In this document: positions 12,969 to 26,075 of the stretch, in pieces
Position numbering within the stretch: position 1 is the stretch's first letter
How the letters are laid out: each line of letters opens with the position of its first letter
DNA from: Octopus bimaculoides
Taxonomy: Eukaryota
Length of the DNA stretch: 64,000 bases
Assembly: GCF_001194135.2 (NCBI RefSeq)
Contig: NC_068986.1
Location: forward strand, 30,069,595-30,133,594
Reading direction: 5' to 3'
The notes under the pieces: model-generated
The model's input: only the letters and a program-made list of their open reading frames with translations
What the model was told of the DNA's origin: nothing
The model's database searches: none
Translations under genes and position numbers: made by a program

Positions 12969-14262
12969 TAACTCTTTTTATACCAACTTGCCTGAGATCC
13001 TCTCTCGTTCTATGACACAAGTTTCCTGCTTTAAAATAATTGAGATTACAATCTTCCAAAAAAAAAAAAAAACCATTATACAAGATTTATTGAGATAAAG
13101 TTATTTTACTAAATTCTTAATTATTTTCAAAATTAACTGAAATAAAAGCAATGTATTTCAACAGAAATACAGTAATAAAAGACTACACTTGTGACATTCT
13201 TCTTAAACCCTGGCTTCTATAAGAGATGAAGCTCTGTCTCTTGTACTAATTATTTAATGATGGCTACCTTACTCAGGGGCACAACTAATCAGTCCATAAC
13301 CTTTAAATCCATAGCTGTTCTAGTTTATCTTGAGTGCCTAACGTTTTGATTCTGTGTCAATTTGTCAGATAATCCCTCTGCACTCTTTATATACCCATTG
13401 TTTGCATTGACTACACAGTATCATATTCCTGCTTCTCTTTTTCCAGCACACATAAATAGATGTTCTAAATAATATGCACACAAACATGTATACACTTTTT
13501 ATGCCTACAGTCAAAGAAATCTCATACACACATCCATAATACACATGTGTATACACATAGAAACACATACATACACACAACACATACACACACACACACA
13601 CACACGTGTGTACATATACAGCATATATGCACAAGCACTATCATTTCCTCACAAGCTGTTATCACACATCCTTTCACAGTCTCAGAGGTTTCAAATTCAA
13701 TTTGTTAATTTTCTCAAAGGTTGATATCCTAATTCTCACAGACTTTCTCACAGTTTAATATATCACCCATATGTACCACAGTCTCTTCTGTCTCTCCCTG
13801 CATCACTCTTATTCTATCTTATTGAAATTTTCCTTCTCTCTCTCTCACCAATGCCATCCATGCTTCTCCCTACAATATTTTATGGCTCTCTTATTCTGTT
13901 TCACAGAAATTCTATTGCCACTTTTCTGCTGTTTTACTTATATACTAAAATATACGATGCACTTAAAATGCTTGCTTTGCTAAAACCTTCAGACCATTAT
14001 TAATAAAAGAATAAACTGCTGCAGCCTCTTTGGTGACATTAATATTTGATTATCCAGTGCCTAAGCTACATATAAATCATGGAATAGACATTTCAAGTTT
14101 ATAGATTGTATAACTAACTTAGTCATAAATTAGTATTAATGTTAAGGATCATGTTAAAATGTTTATAACTTCCATTGATGCATTCAAGCATGCTAATATA
14201 TAAATATATCGAAGCATTGTGTGTATATGTGAGTGTATGCATATGGGCTAACATGTATTTGT

Positions 14263-14407
<145 letters not shown>

Positions 14408-14435
14408 ATACATGTTTGCATGCATGTGTGTGTGT

Positions 14436-14965
14436 AACTACTGAGTTATCAAACTACTGGACCAAGTTTTGAAAATATCACTTAAAGCACAACTAAATAG
14501 GAAGAAATTAAATAAGATACTATTTGACTTTGTGCCAGGACAGGATTTTGCTGATGGTTCTTTCTTGGTGAGACAACTACAAGAGAGGTTTTTATCAAAG
14601 AGCAAGCCACTATATTTAACATTTAAGGCAGCGAGCTGGCAGAAACATTAGCATGCTGGGCAAAATGCATAGCAGTATTTCATCTCTTTACATTCTGAGT
14701 TCAAATTCTGCTGAGGTCGACTTTGCCTTTCATCGTTACGGGGTCGATAAATTAAATACCAGTTGAGTACTGGGGTTGATCTAACCAACTGGCCCTGCTC
14801 CCCCAAAATTTCAGGCCTTGTACCTAGAGTAGAAAAGAATATTTGGGGAAGATCTTTGATAGAATACCACACACTGTTGTAGTCTTGTGACCATTAAAAT
14901 TATGAAGTGCAGATGAATGCCTCTCAAGAGTTGTTCAAGCCACACACAAAGATATGATCAACAAG
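14436..14965 (+). pseudogene. Decayed RTE-clade LINE reverse-transcriptase fragment, split by a SINE
   Basis: Translates as [11 protein letters not shown]...FDFVPGQDFADGSFLVRQLQERFLSKSKPLYLTF [SINE] LGKIFDRIPH...DECLSRVVQA. This matches the RTE RT motif YRGIKLL...FGFxPGRSTTDAIFxVRQLQEK...PLYxAFVDLEKAFDRVP. Confidence 0.75.
14624..14840 (+). mobile_element. SINE family A (tail ...gccttgtacctagagtagaaaagaat)
   Basis: Full-length family A match inserted in the RT remnant. Confidence 0.85.
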
Positions 14966-15689
14966 CAATTTTAATCTATTCTACACATTTCCAAATGTAA
15001 ACCAATTGAAGAAATTTTTGATATGGTCTCTATAACTTCAATCTCAAATTCACCAAAATTATTTGTGCATTGAGGAATTAAATTTTCCCAAACAGCTTTC
15101 ATATTCCTGGATGTTTAGTCATGCTATGCATCATTAATTCTTTCCATTGCATTCTTTGTGTTAATTCTCTGCTGTAAGGCTTTAAGCTCAATTGCATTTT
15201 CTTTCATTCTTTTATAACCTGGACAAAATTTGTGTATAAGTAATTATCATTTTTTGTTGATATCACTCCCTGATTCACTGGTTGCAAGTTGTGTCATTGT
15301 GTCGTTCTTCTGGGGTCAGCAAATAAAGCACCAGCCTTACATGGTAGACTGATAAAATCAATAGAGTACTGGACAAGTGGCTTTTCAGTATTTGGTTTGG
15401 CTCTTTGTGCTATGAGTTCAAATATCACTGTGGCCTACATGGATGGCAGACTTGCTCTGTCATTCAGTTTAACACTGTTGCCTGGCTCCTGGGTGCCTTT
15501 AGTAGAGTGCATTCTATTGCAAGCATTAAGACTAGGTGTTCAGTATGAGGATCCCTTTTCCCTTCCCTACCACCAGTCTCAATGACCCTGTAAAAGATCA
15601 TGAGCATCATCCTTTCTCACGACTAAGCAGAAAAGAAAAAAAATCAGTGCTAAAAACAACCTTAACTGCTTAAGTAACCAAGCAACATA

Positions 15690-16080
15690 GGTGCATGCAT
15701 AACTGTAGTTTGCTTCCTAACCACATGGTTCTGGGTTTAGTCCCACTGCATGGCACTTTGGGCAAGTGTATTCTACTATAGCCTCAGGCCAACCAAAGCC
15801 TCATGAATGGATTTAGTAGATGGAAACTGAAAGAAGCCCATCATATACACATATGTCTTTGTGTTTGTGTTTGTCTCTCAACACCACCTGACAACTAGTG
15901 TCAGTGGGTTTATGTCCCCATAACTTAATGGTCTCGTAGAAGAGACCAATTGGATAGTTACCAGTCTTAAAAAAACATAATTCTTGGGCTCAATACACTC
16001 GACTGAAATTCTTCAAAGAATTGCCCCAGCGTGACCGCAGTCTAGTGACTGAAACAAGTAAAAGATAGAAGATAAAGAGC
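15690..16080 (+). mobile_element. SINE family B, diverged
   Basis: accacatggttctgggtttagtcccactgcatggcactttgggcaagtg...gactgaaacaagtaaaagat. Confidence 0.8.
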
Positions 16081-16481
16081 AGTTGGGTGACCCAGGGAAT
16101 TGTCCAAAATTAATTAAAGTTTAAAATCTCAATTTATCAACTTACAATATCTTTTGGCTTTAGGACAGAAACTATTCTTGTGCCAAACTTCAAATAAAGA
16201 TTTTATTACACAAGTATTTTTTTATAATTATCAGATTTCTAATAAGATGATGTTAAATGTTTTCTGAACCCTTTAAAAGTGCATAAATTTACCAATCGAT
16301 AGATCAGCATGAGTTTTAATTTCAAATCACTTGTAACATTTCCATCTATTAAAAGTGTTAAGCAATCATTGACTGTTTTGAATCTTTGAATCTAGTTTGC
16401 CGTTTTACTTTCTTTGCCATAATTTGTCTTATGAGGCATTTGTTTCCAGAATTCATTTCACCAACGTTTATAATTTGTTTC

Positions 16482-16667
16482 AGGCATGGCTGTCTGATAA
16501 GACGCTTGCTTCCCAACCACATTCTTGGGTCTGGGTTCTGTCCCACTACAATGCACCTTGGTCAAGTGTCTTCTACTATAGCTTCAAGTTGACCAAAGCC
16601 TTATGAATGGATTTGGTAGATGAAAACTGTAAGAAGCCCATTGTATATACATCTGTGTGTATGTATA

Positions 16668-16704
<37 letters not shown>

Positions 16705-16950
16705 ATGCATGCATGCGTGCTTGTGTGTGTGTGTGTGCATGTGTGTCTTTCTCCTCCACCACTCCTTAGCAACTGATGTTGGTTTGTTTATGTTACCTTA
16801 ACTTAGCAGTTCAGTAATAGAGACCAATAGAATAAGTATGATGCTTAAAAAAAATAAGTCCTGGGTCGATTCATTCAGCTAAAAAGTCTTCAATGCGGTG
16901 CCCCAGCATAGCCACAATCTAATAAGTGAAACAGATAAAAGATAAAAGAT
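16482..16950 (+). mobile_element. SINE family B with expanded (TG)n
   Basis: Family B head, core and (GATAAAA)n-like tail. Confidence 0.8.
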
Positions 16951-17032
16951 AAACACCATTTTCAATAGTTTTTCTTTTTTTTTTCTTAATTTGGTAGGTT
17001 ATCCAGTGCTGCATTATCATTTGCATATGTAC

Positions 17033-17192
17033 TTCCAACAGTTTTGGCATTATAGATTCCAGATAATTTTCTAAACTTGTTGAACTTCCAGGAAAATTTC
17101 CATCCCTTTCAGCTTTAGTTTTGATTTCTTCTCTCCATTTTCTTAAGGCTGCTATGAAGAGACAGGCAGCTTTCATTCTGGTGGTCATTTGA
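17033..17192 (-). CDS. Candidate 160-nt exon (QMTTRMKAACLFIAALRKWREEIKTKAERDGNFPGSSTSLENYLESIMPKLLE), product unknown
   Basis: Acceptor cattcattttaag, 53 open codons with protein-like composition, weak donor GAA|gtacat. Lies in non-repetitive sequence. Confidence 0.3.
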
Positions 17193-18235
17193 CTTAAAAT
17201 GAATGTACTTATAACAACAATCTTTGATCCAAATTAACAAAAAGACATTCTTAAATCATTGCAATGCTTTTGTTACTTGTGGTTTGGAAATCTGATGCTG
17301 ATGCAGCACTTTTCCCTGTTCTTTATAAAGATTCGTGCTCTGAATAATTATTATTATGCACTGTTCATTTACAAATAGTGTGATCACATGCTATTTTAGC
17401 TTTAGTAACACCACTTTCATGCTTGCTGTTTTACTAGTTTTTCTTCCAGTCCTCAACTTTTTTCTCCTTCTCACTGTAACCATTTGTACTAGCATTACTC
17501 AACTAGAAGTCTTAGAGAATCTCATGGTTTTGGAAATCCAGAAAACCCTTCATTATTCTGACTTTGAATAACATGGTTCTCATATAAACATGGTTTGTAA
17601 GTTAATATCAAATCTCTCCAAACACAAAATGTATATACACAGCATGCAAACAATATGACTTCGATTAAGAACTTGATTGAGAAAATATACATTGTGCTGA
17701 TTCATAAAATAATCTAAAAAATCTGTTGGTAAATTTAACTTTCTATCTGATTTGAAATGAACCATGAACTTTATCAACATCAATCAATTTTTATAAAAAT
17801 TTTAATACATAAATATTCTTTAAATGTTTCCTCATGCTAATATTATTTTTCATCTGTACTGAGAAATAAAACATAGAAGAAAATTCATCAATCTTTTCAA
17901 ATGTTTTTATTTACTTCCAGAAACTCTTTCAAGTGCTTTTATTTGCTTGGTCTTCTGAAATATATCAGACTGAAGAGAAAGTGAAACTTCTGAAAAAGTC
18001 TGTTTATGATTATAGAGAGAATAGATACTCAAATAAGGAGGGGGGAAAAAAATTAGCTCATTAAAAATAGTCACAGAAATAAAGTATTATTATTTTTGAT
18101 TTTCCATTATTTTATGAGAAAAGGAGAGAACAAGGTACAGAGTTTTTCTTGCAATGATTCTTTGCTTTGCAAAGAATTTGGATTAACCAATGAAATTAAT
18201 TTATATCAATACATACACATACACACAAGGTATTT

Positions 18236-18288
<53 letters not shown>

Positions 18289-18492
18289 AGATATATTTCA
18301 AAATCAAAGAAACATTATTTCTAAATTATTTTTATTACAATAAATCTTATTTTAAAAAAAGCTATAGTTATTAAAACATCACCTCTCCATTATTTTATTT
18401 ATTTACTCCATTGCCAAAGTGTAAGCTACAGTTAGAGTTCCAGACACCACTTTTGCTCTTCATTGTCTGTTACCACGTGGTGTTGATGACAG

Positions 18493-18647
18493 CTATTCCA
18501 CTTGGTCTTTCACCAACTGAATCTGATTAGAGATGTACATAAATATATATTGGTGAAGGTAGGGCGCAGTGTTGGAAATCCCTGCAGAATATGTATATGA
18601 TTTGTTGATGTCTGCTTTGCAAAGTTCACATGTGATCTGCTGTTCCA
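18493..18647 (-). CDS. Candidate exon (EQQITCELCKADINKSYTYSAGISNTAPYLHQYIFMYISNQIQLVKDQVE*), product unknown
   Basis: Acceptor tttttgctgttaag, 50 open codons to TAG, unique and more GC-rich sequence. Confidence 0.2.
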
Positions 18648-19410
18648 CTTAACAGCAAAAATTCTCAATCCATTGGCAATAAGCATTAAGTTGCAAGAAA
18701 GAAGCCTAGGAGCACACAGCATACTGACAAGCTCTGCCGTCGTCTGTCACCAGGGAGTGATCAAACCAACCATAAAATGGCTTCTGGGTTTTGCAAAATC
18801 TTGTCATCACCATAGTTATTATCATGACAGTCATGGGTGTCATTGTCGTCTTCGTTATTGTTGTCATTGTCATCGTTGTCACCGTCGTCGTCATCATCAT
18901 CATCATCCTCATTATCATCATTGTAATCATCACCTTTCTAGTGCATACTATCTTGTCATTTCTCTCACTTCTGAAATTTATTTATTTATTTCTGCTGCTT
19001 TTATATAGCTTTTCATGGCTGCTTTTATATAGCTTTTCATGGCTGCTCAATCAAAGCTGACTTGAAGCTGAACAGTGACTATTTAAATGATGATCATTAA
19101 AAAAAAATTTTTTTTTTAAATAAAAATGAACATTTTTAGAGAGAATGTTTCTAAATTGATCTAAAACATCAAGGAATTAATTTTACATGTTGCTCAAATT
19201 TACAATGTTAGGACAGTATTGGTAATAGTGGTTGATATAATTGATTAAAAGTCTTGGAGGCATTGTCACAGCTGAAACCGGTAAAAGGAAAAAAAAAAAA
19301 AGTTAACTGAATAAATATTTTACTAAAATCAATCAAGGAGTTAATAAATATCTAGCAATAACGATAATGATGATTTATGTGCATTTCATACTTTTGAATC
19401 TTATCTCTCA

Positions 19411-19597
<187 letters not shown>

Positions 19598-19655
19598 ATA
19601 TTATCGATATTATTATTTAATTGAATGCCACACATCCATTTCCAAGTAGGTCTAT

Positions 19656-19707
19656 ATGCTAGCATGGAAAGCGGACGTTAAACGATGATGATGATGATGA
19701 TGATGAT
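19656..19707 (+). mobile_element. Extreme 3' end of RTE-like LINE with (GAT)n tail
   Basis: atgctagcatggaaagcggacgttaaacgatgatgat, identical to the end of the 36343-37309 element. Confidence 0.8.
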
Positions 19708-19730
19708 ATATATATATATACATATATATA

Positions 19731-20100
19731 TCATCATTTAACATCCATTTTCCATATTGGCAAGGGTTGGATGGTTTGATTAAAAACTGATAAGCTGAGG
19801 AGCTGCACATGGTTCCAATCTGATTTGGCATGGTTCCTACAGCAGGATGCCCTTCCTAATACCAACCACACTATGGGTGCCAGTTACGAAACACCAGCAC
19901 CGGCCACAACTATGATCTCACTTGGCTTGACAGGACTTCTCAAGTACAGTATATTGCCAATAGTCTTAATCACTTGTCACTGCCTCTGTAAAGCCCAAAG
20001 TTCAAAGGCTGCTTTTTACATGTCACTGACATGGGTGCTAGTTATGTTACATTGGCATTGGCCACAACTACAGTTTCCCTTTGCTTGACAGGTCTTGGAC
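19731..20100 (-). mobile_element. Diverged RTE-like LINE 3' UTR
   Basis: tcatcatttaacatccattttccat...ggttccaatctgatttggca...ggatgcccttcctaataccaacc matches the reverse complement of 37150-37309. Confidence 0.7.
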
Positions 20101-20357
20101 TTCTTTTAGTCTCTGTCTACTAATTCCACAAGGCATTGGTTGCCCTGGGACTATAGTAGAAAACATCCAAAGTATCACACTGCAGAACTGAACCTGACAC
20201 CTTGTGGTTGAAAGGCAAACTTCTTAACCACATGGCTACACCTACACCTTGTGTGTGTAAACAGCAATAGATTTGACTTCCATTGGACAACATTTCCACT
20301 CACTAAAAAAACCTGTTATTTTTAGTTTCTCCTTTGTTTTTTTTTTTTATTTGTTAG

Positions 20358-20412
20358 TTTGTTTCCCAAAGTATTGTTTTCCATCTACCAATCTATATTT
20401 GATTATCTACAG
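20358..20412 (+). CDS. Candidate 55-nt exon (LFPKVLFSIYQSIFDYLQ), product unknown
   Basis: Long T tract ending tatttgttag, donor CAG|gtgagg, open in phase 2 to 0. Confidence 0.25.
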
Positions 20413-21326
20413 GTGAGGTCAAAATCTCACTCAAATTTGTTAATAATTTGTTACCTACATTCACAGTAAATAGATTGCCCTGCACTTTTCTTTCAAGTAA
20501 TTTCTTTTGAAATCTAGTTATCAATTACATGTAGTTGCCCTTGATTACTCAATATTTAATTGTTGTTTATTGATGCATATTGATCTTGTTAAAGTAGGTG
20601 ATTTATTTTTTTGTTGCTTTTTTTTTTGCATATGTATGTACAGTGTTTCTTTCTCTAAAGCTTAATATTCAAGTATACAACATGTGCAATAGATTGTTAT
20701 TTATCTCAATGATAGCAATGGTGGTGGTGGAATACAGTTATTGATAGTGTCTCGATAGTAGAGGAAGAGGTGTGTCTGACAACAGGACAATGGTAGGGAT
20801 GATACCTGTGGCAGTAGTGAGGCGGGGCAACATTAGTAATGTGTGTGATGATGACAATAGTTTTGTTGGCAGTGGTGGTGGCAGCGGGGATGATGTTTGA
20901 ATTAATGATAACGAAAGAAATTAACTGAGCATAGAAAATTCATTTATGCATATGTTAGCCAAATTTTAGCATCTGAATCATCAAATTAATTAGGTGTTTT
21001 TTTTTTGTTATTCTATGCATGGCATAAGACCAAGAAACAAGTTAAGTTTTAAAAGATCATTTAATTTATATAATGAATAAATTAATATTTATTTAGGTGT
21101 TACCTTTGCAATAGAGCAGGAGCAAATTGCCAACGAAGTGACAGGGTTTCTTTGTTGTAGTTTATGCAGTGTCAAGTATTTTCTTCCATTATTCACATCA
21201 GTAAAATTAAATAGGGAATGTCAGCAACATTTTGTCACATATTATGAATATTTATACAAATATCAGAAACACAGATGTTCTTAGGTATGTGTACCAGTGC
21301 ATGAATAATTAAAGACTCAACCTCAC

Positions 21327-21350
21327 CTGAGGGGATATCTTTACTAATAA
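21327..21350 (-). CDS. Candidate 24-nt symmetric exon (ISKDIPS)
   Basis: Minus-strand tract ttttctctcatttccttctttctgcaaatacaccaag and donor CAG|gtgagg. Confidence 0.2.
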
Positions 21351-21580
21351 CTTGGTGTATTTGCAGAAAGAAGGAAATGAGAGAAAAAAAAAGAAAGAAA
21401 TGTGTGTGTGTGTGTATTTTAGCTGTATGGTTATTGTCATTGTTCTTGTTTAACCCAAGGTCAGCCCTGACTGAATGCAACAGCACTTTGATAAAAGGTA
21501 TGTACCCATCCAGTAGTACCCAACTCCATGTGTTTGCATATCAGAAACTATATTGTCCTGACATTGCATATCAGAAACTA

Positions 21581-21816
21581 TAAGGCGGCGAGCTGGCAGA
21601 AACGTTAGCATGCCAGGCGAAATGCTTAGCGGTATTTCGTCTGACATTACGTTCTGAGTTCAAATTCCGCCAAAGTTGACTTTGCCTTTCATCCTTTTGG
21701 GGTCGATAAATTAAGTACCAGTTGCACACTGGGGTCGATGTAATCGACTCAATCCCTTTGTCTGTCCTTGTTTGTCCCCTCTATGTTTAGCCCCTTGTGG
21801 GCAGTAAAGAAATAAG
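21581..21816 (+). mobile_element. SINE family A, well conserved
   Basis: taaggcggcgagctggcagaaacgttagcatgccaggcgaaatgcttagcgg...ccccttgtgggcagtaaagaaataag. aaacta(ta) is repeated at both ends. Confidence 0.9.
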
Positions 21817-22715
21817 AAACTATATTGTCCAGTGTATCCCTCTAATTTTCTTTTCATATGATAGGATGTTATTTGAGGGAGATTCAACTGCTATTTCTAA
21901 CAGGCAGTGACCATACAGAGACTGTCTAGTTCATGGTTAAGCAGGCATAAATCTAACAGTTGTCTAATGATAGATGATTATTTTCTTTTTTATGTAGCTT
22001 TTGTTGTTGCTGTTCTTTTGTATTAAATAACATTGGCCACATTGTAGAAATCTTCATTCAATGAAATTTTGAATTGCAAACATCATTCTAATAATATTGG
22101 GCTGATTGTTCTTGGTTTTAGGACCAAAAATGTTGAACTAGAACTAGAAGAAACTGGGATTTGTTCAAGAAAATTTTTTAGTAGTTTATTAATTATTTGG
22201 AAGATGTTGGTAAAAGCTCCTATACCAATTCTGATAATGTATATGATGAGAACACAGGAATGGCCAAATTGTTAAGAAATTTTTTCTTCAATCATCAGGT
22301 CCTGCATTCAGTTCTACTGTACAGCATCCTGGGAAAGTGTCTTCTTATATAGTCTTGGGTTGATCCATGTTTTTGTGTGTGAAATTAGGTTGATAAAAAC
22401 TTTTTGATTGACTGTACTTTGTTTACAGTTGTGGTCTTATATCAGGTAAAAAGTTCATTACTTAACTAAAGTGCTCACAATGGTAATAACCATTATCCTA
22501 TAGGAACCATTTTTGTTGCTAGATTGACATGAATTATCCTGAAATTTTATTATGATTCTCATTTGTAATTTCTATTTATATTTTCAAAGTACTCGTGAAA
22601 ATTATAAACAATCTTTTTTTATCTTCCCTTTAATAAATATCAGACTTTATGCCAACATCAAAAGTCTTAGTCTTAGCTAGAGAGTTGCAAACAAAGAGCA
22701 TTCTTTTTTCTCATT

Positions 22716-22717
<2 letters not shown>

Positions 22718-22784
<67 letters not shown>

Positions 22785-22795
22785 CTCCTTCTCTC

Positions 22796-22833
<38 letters not shown>
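22718..22833. repeat. (TC)n/(TCTA)n microsatellite
   Basis: Seen directly. Confidence 0.9.
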
Positions 22834-22836
<3 letters not shown>

Positions 22837-23559
22837 ATATTGTAATAGTAGTTCTGAAGACTAGGAGTTAAAGACAAATGTAAAATACTTGTGACATTTT
22901 TTACTACTTAATTACTGCTACATTTATCAATTTAGTCCTTCCTCCTTGCTGCCCAATCATCAGAATAGATTAACATTTTTTTCATTTTCTCTTTTTTATT
23001 ATCTGTCCTTCACTTTTCTTCAACAGAACAGAGTTGGATACCATTACAAGACATAAACAGAAAGTTTGGCTCAAATCAAGTTATCTCCGGAAATTTACCA
23101 CGTATTATGTCAAAAAGAGTATTTACTTTTGTTTAATCTTGTAGGATATTGATTAAGTTTCCAATATCTTAATGGCATTTACATCACTGACTCTCCAGAG
23201 ACAAAAGGACAAAAAAATTCTACTTTGAATTTAGACCACGAAATTGTGTGATTATTAATCTAAATACCATAAAACATCGAGTTTAACTCTTTATCCTTTG
23301 AAGTATTCCAACTACTCTTTGAGTAGAATAATGGATTTCTTTTGAAAGGAACTGACATTCCTCTGATGGATAAAAAGAATATTGAATTTTCTCCATTATA
23401 CTCCTGACAATTATTTTATCAGTCCTTGAAGATTTGGATGTGGATTAGTGAATTAATGAATTTTAGTTTCCAAAATTCCTGTTCTTTACCAACTGTTTTA
23501 TTATCACTATTTTCTGTATATCCTCACACACACACAAAATGTCCCGTGTATATACATTA

Positions 23560-23745
23560 TCATTATCATCATTATCTTTTGATATCCATTTTCCATGCTG
23601 GCATGGGTTGGACAGTTTGACAGGATCTGACAAGCTGCAGGGCTGCACTGATCTCTAGTGTCAGCTTTGATATGTTTTCTATGACTGAATTCTCTTCCTA
23701 ACACCAAGTACCTCACAGCATTGTACTGGGTGCTATTTTCCTGCC
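23560..23745 (-). mobile_element. Diverged RTE-like LINE 3' end
   Basis: atccattttccatgctggcatgggttggacagtttgac preceded by a CAT-rich tail. Confidence 0.6.
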
Positions 23746-24061
23746 AATAACAAGTTATAAGAACAGGAAAGAGGCATGAAATAAATCATGTTTGTTGCCG
23801 AGACACTGCATCCTTTAAAACCTCCATGCTTCCTGAAATTTGCCAACACTACACCTGGTATCCCCCCCCCCACCCTCCATACGCATGCACACATGTATAT
23901 CATGACTCATACACTGTTCACTTTCCTGGCTTTTGTACATAATTCTATGTACTGTACATGCACCTTTGATGAGATAAATTGCACCTGAGCACTATATACT
24001 GTAATTTCATTATTATTATTATTATTACTATAGAACTTGAAGTAGATAAAGTTATAAACAA

Positions 24062-24262
24062 TCTTTTCTACTATAGACACAATTCTGGAAGAGGAAGTTC
24101 GTCGATATAATTTACCCCAGTATTCAACTGGTACTTAATTCATTGACCCTGAAAAGATGAAAAGCAAACTCAGCCTTGGCAGAATTTGAACGTGAAATAG
24201 ACAGATGAAATGCCACTAAACATTTTGTTTGGCATACCAAGGATTCTACCCGATCACTAGCC
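24062..24262 (-). mobile_element. SINE family A, head interrupted by a family C copy
   Basis: cttttctactatagacac...ctggtacttaatt...gcagaatttgaac...gccactaaacattttg. Confidence 0.7.
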
Positions 24263-24273
24263 CATTGCCTTAG

Positions 24274-24656
24274 TGTTGGCACTCCGTCACTTACAATGTC
24301 GAGGGTTCCAGTTGATCCGATCAACGGAACAGCCTGCTCGTGAAATTAATGTGCAAGTGGCTGAGCACTCCACAGACACGTGTACCCTTAACGTAGTTCT
24401 CGGGGATATTCAGCGCAACACAGAGTGTGACAAGGCTGGCCCTTTGAATTACACGCACAACAGAAACAGGAAGTAAGAGTGAGAGAAAGTTGTGGTGGCA
24501 GAGTACAGCAGGGTTCACCACCATCCCCTGCCGGAGCCTCGTGGAGCTTTAGGTGTTTTCGCTCAATAAACACTCACAACGCCCGGTCTGGGAATCGAAG
24601 CCATGATCCTATGACCACGAGTCTGCCGCCCTAACCACTGGGCAATTGCACCTCCT
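24274..24656 (-). mobile_element. tRNA-head SINE family C
   Basis: Reverse complement of 26076-26468. An 11-bp duplication cattgccttag flanks it at 24263-24273 and 24661-24671. Confidence 0.9.
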
Positions 24657-24693
24657 AGATCATTGCCTTAGATAAAGCTATGAATAATAGTGT

Positions 24694-24921
24694 TTGACCC
24701 ATTAGCATTAAGATAACTCTGTCAAAGGCAAAGCTTATTTATTCACATTGTTTTCAATTAATCATGCATTGTCCTATGGTTTTGAAGTTTTGCTGATGCG
24801 ATTGTTTATTGTTAGATTGATACTGTAAAATATATGAGAGAAGCTGGACCTGGTCAGCTTCAACATAAAATTGGTAGAATACTTGAACCGGATATGGCTG
24901 GTTTAAATGCTAAAGGGTTAC
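24694..24921 (+). mobile_element. MITE family 1, piggyBac-like ends
   Basis: ttgacccattagcatt ... aatgctaaagggttac; interior matches 8505-8721. Confidence 0.7.
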
Positions 24922-25702
24922 ATGATTGAGCTAAGAAACCTTCTGAATGGAAAAAGTCAAATGCTGCCCTTCCATTCAAAGAGCTTTTTAACCCAATATT
25001 TAAATATTTAAATGCTATTATTCATAGCTTTATCTAACTTCAAGTTCCACCATTAAAAGTTATATATATACTCATTCTTACTTAGATATTTGCCTGTATC
25101 TCCGCAGCACAGTTCTTCAGTTGTCAGGGAGATATTAAAAACAAAGTAAAAAAATTCTATCAGCTTTGCCAATATGATTCAAAGGAAAACAAAGCAATCT
25201 GTCTGTCTGGTTTAGGTAGTTCACTTTCAGACCATTCCAAAGCACATTTTGCCTTCTGCAACAACTGTTTTTCAAATTACTCACTTTCTGACAGAACGAA
25301 ATTTTAATGTCTCATGTGTATAACATTGATATCTTGCTGATTATGGCAGCTGCCCAACCATGTCTTTGAGCAGATGGCCTAATGTCGAAGTCAACAATCA
25401 AACTGCGCATTTTCACAACTCAGCACTTTCATATCAATTTACACCATCAGGTGTGTGCACATCTTTGTTTGCTTATGTATGCATGTTTTGGTGTGTGTGT
25501 GTGTGGGGGGGGTGCATATAATGAAATTTGTCATACGAAGCGGATAAATGGTGGTGGTTGTCACAGTAGTATCAACTACTACTGCTACTATTACTGCTAC
25601 TACCATGACTTTCTGTTTGCAAATTTGAGAAGGAAGAGCAATACTGGTAGCCTTTTCTACCTTTATAAGACAAATGAATTGAAGAAGTAAATGTAATTAA
25701 TA

Positions 25703-25849
25703 TAGGAAGGGCATCCAGCTGTAGAAACTCTGCCAAATCAGATTGGAGCCTGGTGTAGCCATCTGGTTCGCCAGTCCTCAGTCAAATCGTCCAACCCATG
25801 CTAGCATGGAAAGCGGACGTTAAACAATGATGATGATGATGATGATGAT
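25703..25849 (+). mobile_element. 5'-truncated RTE-like LINE 3' end
   Basis: taggaagggcatccagctgtagaaactctgcc...gcggacgttaaacaatgatgatg, near-identical to 37160-37309. Confidence 0.9.
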
Positions 25850-26075
25850 TCAGTTTGAACATATTCATAATAACTAAAGAAAGAAGAAGTGCAGAAAGGG
25901 TGTTTCAAAGGGATTCAATTTAGGAGAGGAAATACTGTATAGTGGTTTTTAGTACAAAATTTTGGAGGCTGATACATAAAAATGGGAGGAGCAGCAGAAA
26001 CAGGTGGATCAAAAGATTTAATTGGTTGTGGTATATGGCAGAGTTTGGCTGTTGAAGCAGTAGTGATAGGGGAGA

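Noticed and set aside
18493-18647. BED zinc-finger resemblance (CELC...TAPYLH)
   Set aside because: The second His/Cys ligand is missing and there is no hAT transposase context.
18994-19047. Perfect 24-bp tandem duplication (2.25 copies)
   Set aside because: An ordinary slippage duplication with no further structure.
21097-21284. 62-codon plus-strand open frame between an AG and a gtatgt
   Set aside because: It ends in TAG exactly at the donor and has no recognisable homology. Frames this long are expected by chance across six frames.
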